A DNA stretch of 32,000 nt, from contig NC_013771.1 in assembly GCF_000025125.1 (NCBI RefSeq), positions 870,001 to 902,000 on the forward strand, in the 5' to 3' direction. The stretch comes from Candidatus Atelocyanobacterium thalassa isolate ALOHA (GTDB lineage: Bacteria; Cyanobacteriota; Cyanobacteriia; Cyanobacteriales; Microcystaceae). Each line of letters opens with the position of its first letter. Within the stretch, counting starts at the first letter, position 1. Below are positions 29,157 through 32,000 of the stretch, piece by piece. The notes below the pieces were generated by a model. The model was not told where the DNA came from, searched no databases, and worked only from the letters and a program-made list of their open reading frames with translations. The position numbers and the translations under genes are program-made.

Positions 29157-29300
29157 ATGGATTACCTAAAAGAAATTATAGAAAAGCTTAAAGAATTAGC
29201 ACAAAAATTAATAGAAACACTTTTAGAACCTAATAAAGAACCAGAAATAGAACTCATACCAATACCAGTTAATGATCCTCAAGATTATTATGGTAATTAG
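29157..29300 (+). CDS. Candidate small protein (47 aa), not in the ORF track
   Basis: The ORF runs from ATG at 29157 to TAG at 29298-29300 and encodes MDYLKEIIEKLKELAQKLIETLLEPNKEPEIELIPIPVNDPQDYYGN. AGGAG at 29141-29145 lies 11 nt upstream. The stop overlaps the aroQ start region in another frame. The composition (E/K amphipathic helix plus Pro-rich tail) is unlike the I/F/N-rich noise ORFs in this window. Confidence 0.4.
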   Translation: MDYLKEIIEKLKELAQKLIETLLEPNKEPEIELIPIPVNDPQDYYGN

Positions 29301-29748
29301 CAATTCAAAAAAAACTAGCATACTAGTACTTCATGGACCTAATTTAAATTTACTAGGAAAGCGTGAGCCTAAAGTTTATGGTTCTACTTCTTTAAAAGAA
29401 ATTAATACTTTACTAAATAAAAGAGCTTTATCTTTAGGCGTAAAAATATCTATATTCCAATCTAATTACGAAGGCACTATTGTTGAACTAATACATCAAT
29501 CTTTGGGGAAACACCAAGGAATATTAATTAATGCTGGGGCATACACACATAGCAGCCTTGCAATAGCTGATTCTCTTCTTGCTGTTGAGATTCCAGCGAT
29601 AGAAGTACATTTAAGTAATATATACAAAAGAGAAAATATACGTCATTGTTCTCATATCGCTCCTATCGCTATAGGACAAATAGTTGGATTTGGTGCTAAC
29701 AGTTATTTACTAGGTTTAAATGCCTTGTGCGATCATATCTCTCAATAG
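29290..29748 (+). CDS. aroQ: 3-dehydroquinate dehydratase, type II
   Basis: The track ORF is 29272..29748. It has ILVLHGPNLNLLGKREPKVYG, NAGAYTHSSLAIAD and EVHLSNIYKRENIRH. ATG at 29290 gives a homologue-like short N-terminus, and ATG at 29272 is also possible. Confidence 0.9.
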   Translation: MVISNSKKTSILVLHGPNLNLLGKREPKVYGSTSLKEINTLLNKRALSLGVKISIFQSNYEGTIVELIHQSLGKHQGILINAGAYTHSSLAIADSLLAVEIPAIEVHLSNIYKRENIRHCSHIAPIAIGQIVGFGANSYLLGLNALCDHISQ

Positions 29749-29812
29749 ATTTTCACCTTTTACAAATAAAATTAAATCTCTAATCAACCTTTAGAAAATA
29801 TTTTTGATTTTT

Positions 29813-29837
29813 ACTGAAAGTATTATAGTATTTTCAG
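29813..29837. terminator. Weak hairpin between convergent aroQ and thrS
   Basis: ACTGAAA (29813-29819) pairs with TTTCAGT (29831-29837) around an 11-nt loop, followed by TATTTT. The stem is AT-rich, so support is weak. Confidence 0.3.
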
Positions 29838-29915
29838 TTATTTTCCATAAATGGTTCTGCTCTACAAACTATTTCAATAATTTGAAACTCGAATCATTTT
29901 TTATTCAGATTATGA

Positions 29916-31742
29916 CTAAAAATCATTATGATTAGAAATAGTTTCCAGAATGCTTTTCATAAAATCATTAATAGGCATTAAACCTAATTCTCCTGATTTT
30001 CGAGTGCGAATATTCAAGGAGTTAGTTTCCATTTCTTTTGATCCTATAATTGCCATAACAGGAATCTTTTCTTTTTCTCCTTTTCGAATCATCTTCCCAA
30101 GCCTTTCTCCCGAAGTATCAACTTCTGCCCTTATTTTTGACATAAGCATTGTTTGCATTACACCCTTAGCATAGTCAAGATATAAATCACTTACAGGTAA
30201 AATACGAACCTGAACTGGAGATAACCATAAAGGAAAGTCACCAACGTATTCTTCAATTAGAATGCCAATCAGACGTTCTAAAGAACCAAAAGGAGCTCTG
30301 TGAATCATGATGGGTCTATGTTTATCACCCTTTTCTCCTATATACTCTAAATTAAATCTTTCCGGTAAGTTGTAATCCACTTGAACGGTTCCTAGTTGCC
30401 ATTCTCTATCTAAGGCATCTTGGAAAATAAAATCTAGTTTTGGACCATAAAATGCTGCCTCTCCTTCTGCCTCAAAATAGTCAATATTTAACATCTTAAC
30501 TGCGCGATATATAGCATTCTGTGACTTTTCCCATACTTCGTCACTGCCAATATATTTATTAGAACTAGGATCTCGAAAACTTAATCTTGCCTTAAAATTC
30601 TTAAGTTGTAAATTCTCAAAAACTGAAAGAATTAAATTTACAACATTAAGAAATTCATCATCTAATTGATCGGGGGTAACAAATAAATGAGAATCATCAA
30701 CAGTAAAACCTCTTACACGAGTTAAACCACCTAGTTCACCTGATTTTTCATAGCGATAGACAGTACCAAATTCTGCTAATCGAACAGGTAAATCGCGATA
30801 AGATTTTAAGTCACTTTTATAAATTTGAATATGGAAAGGACAATTCATAGGTTTTAAAACAAATCCTATTTCTTCACCTCTAGCGACTTCGTTGTCACTC
30901 ATTAAAGGAAACATGTCTTCCTTATAGTTCTGCCAATGGCCAGAAGTTTTAAATAAGTCTACTTTACCAATGTGAGGAGTTACCACTGGAAGATATCCTC
31001 GTTTCAATTGTTCTTCTCTTAAAAAATTTTCTAAAACAGATCTTATTATAGTTCCTTTTGGAGTCCATAATGGTAATCCAGGTCCTACAGAATTCGAAAA
31101 AATAAACAAACCTAATTCTTTACCTAATTTGCGATGATCCCTTTTCAAAGCTTCTTCTTTGCGCTTTTTATACTCTACTAATTGCGCAGGGGTTTCCCAA
31201 GCAGTTCCATAAATGCGTTGTAATTGAGCTTTAGTCTCATCTCCTCTCCAGTATGCCCCAGCAACTGATTCTATTTCAAACGCTTTAGGATGCAAATTTG
31301 CAGTACTTTCTAAGTGAGGACCGCTACACAAGTCCCACCATTCCGATCCTAAATGATACAGAGTAATAGGTGGTTGAAGATTTTCAAGTATTTCTAATTT
31401 ATAGGGTTCCTGAATTTGAGCAATACGCTTTTTAGCTTCTTCTAGTGTAATTTCTTCTTTTATAACTGGAAGTTTAGATTTAATGATTTTAATCATTTCT
31501 TTTTTAATATTCTTTAAATCTTGATCTAAAAAAGGTTTGGAAATATCAAAATCATAATAAAATCCTGTCTCTGTCCATGGGCCAATTGTAACTTTAGCTT
31601 GAGGAAAAAGTCTCTGTACAGCCATAGCCATAACATGGGAAGCAGTATGACGAATACATTTTAGTTTATGAGATTCACTAGTACGTAGTAGCTTTATATC
31701 TTGCTGTTCTGATACTTCAGTTAATGTAGATTTTTTAACCAT
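29916..31742 (-). CDS. thrS: Threonyl-tRNA synthetase (no N-terminal TGS domain)
   Basis: It has the editing-domain HxxxH (IRHTASHVMA) and CSGPH, class II motifs (YRYEKSGELGGLTRVRGFTVDDSHLF and APFGSLERLIGILIE), and a C-terminal anticodon-binding domain. The HxxxH motif is at about residue 32, against about residue 73 in E. coli. Confidence 0.95.
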   Translation of the reverse strand: MVKKSTLTEVSEQQDIKLLRTSESHKLKCIRHTASHVMAMAVQRLFPQAKVTIGPWTETGFYYDFDISKPFLDQDLKNIKKEMIKIIKSKLPVIKEEITLEEAKKRIAQIQEPYKLEILENLQPPITLYHLGSEWWDLCSGPHLESTANLHPKAFEIESVAGAYWRGDETKAQLQRIYGTAWETPAQLVEYKKRKEEALKRDHRKLGKELGLFIFSNSVGPGLPLWTPKGTIIRSVLENFLREEQLKRGYLPVVTPHIGKVDLFKTSGHWQNYKEDMFPLMSDNEVARGEEIGFVLKPMNCPFHIQIYKSDLKSYRDLPVRLAEFGTVYRYEKSGELGGLTRVRGFTVDDSHLFVTPDQLDDEFLNVVNLILSVFENLQLKNFKARLSFRDPSSNKYIGSDEVWEKSQNAIYRAVKMLNIDYFEAEGEAAFYGPKLDFIFQDALDREWQLGTVQVDYNLPERFNLEYIGEKGDKHRPIMIHRAPFGSLERLIGILIEEYVGDFPLWLSPVQVRILPVSDLYLDYAKGVMQTMLMSKIRAEVDTSGERLGKMIRKGEKEKIPVMAIIGSKEMETNSLNIRTRKSGELGLMPINDFMKSILETISNHNDF

Positions 31743-31945
31743 TCACACCTGTTATTTAAATTTTTTATTCGGTTTATTATTTAGTAGAAGAGTAAAGAGA
31801 AGATTCTGACATAATCGGTATAGTAATTAACTATAGTTTAAGTATAAAAAATAGATTTTTTTAAATATAGAAATTTTTTATACTTTATGCCATAAAATCA
31901 GCTATTCTAGCAGGAAGAGTTTTTATAATTAGAATTATACTATCC

Positions 31946-32000
31946 GTGTTAGATCTTAAAAAAATACGAGAAAATCCAGAAATCATACAAACACTGCTTA
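31946..32000 (+). CDS. serS: Seryl-tRNA synthetase, 5' end (partial, runs off the window)
   Basis: GTG at 31946 opens (M)LDLKKIRENPEIIQTLL, the conserved SerRS N-terminus (MLDLK.IRENPE). It is divergent from thrS across about 200 bp. Only 18 codons are visible. Confidence 0.7.
   Translation, partial: MLDLKKIRENPEIIQTLL

Noticed and set aside
29950-30174. 74-aa plus-strand ORF
   Set aside because: It is antisense inside the thrS anticodon-binding region.

Overview
This is an AT-rich (about 30% G+C by eye, not computed), gene-dense cyanobacterial chromosome segment. I count 30 supported protein genes plus one partial gene at the right edge. I found no rRNA, tRNA, CRISPR array, transposase, integrase or recognisable defence gene.

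Content is core housekeeping:
- Cell division: Ftn2/ZipN.
- Central and sulfur metabolism: pdhA, cysC, cysE, aroQ.
- Cobalamin synthesis: cobH and cobL at one locus, cobQ at another.
- A PspA/IM30-family protein.
- Cell envelope: a minus-strand string murF ... lnt, lepB, with murE divergent from murF.
- Two small ferredoxins.
- Chlorophyll synthesis: the dark protochlorophyllide reductase genes chlL and chlN.
- A BCP/PrxQ peroxiredoxin.
- Translation and RNA turnover: rpmG-rpsR, an RNase II/R enzyme, thrS and the 5' end of serS.

From memory, ChlL, PdhA and CysE look closest to the Cyanothece/Crocosphaera clade. Together with the low G+C, K/N/I-rich proteins and lack of mobile DNA, this suggests a genome-reduced symbiont such as UCYN-A. 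That is a hypothesis only, since no search was possible.

I see no obvious novel multi-gene system. The items most worth follow-up are:
- A 300-aa protein that looks like ArgRS with the catalytic core removed (28003..28905).
- An unlisted 47-codon ORF with a Shine-Dalgarno site whose stop overlaps the aroQ start (29157..29300).
- A strong hairpin followed by a 10/11 match to the Yfr1 sRNA core motif (27859..27919).
- A secreted protein with a triplicated C-x5-P-x5-C module, lying with two other unknown proteins inside the envelope gene string.
- A 7Fe-type ferredoxin with an internal SD and probable TTG start.

Several track ORFs are over-extended to upstream TTG/GTG codons. Refined starts are given where homologue N-termini (recalled) and SD sites agree.
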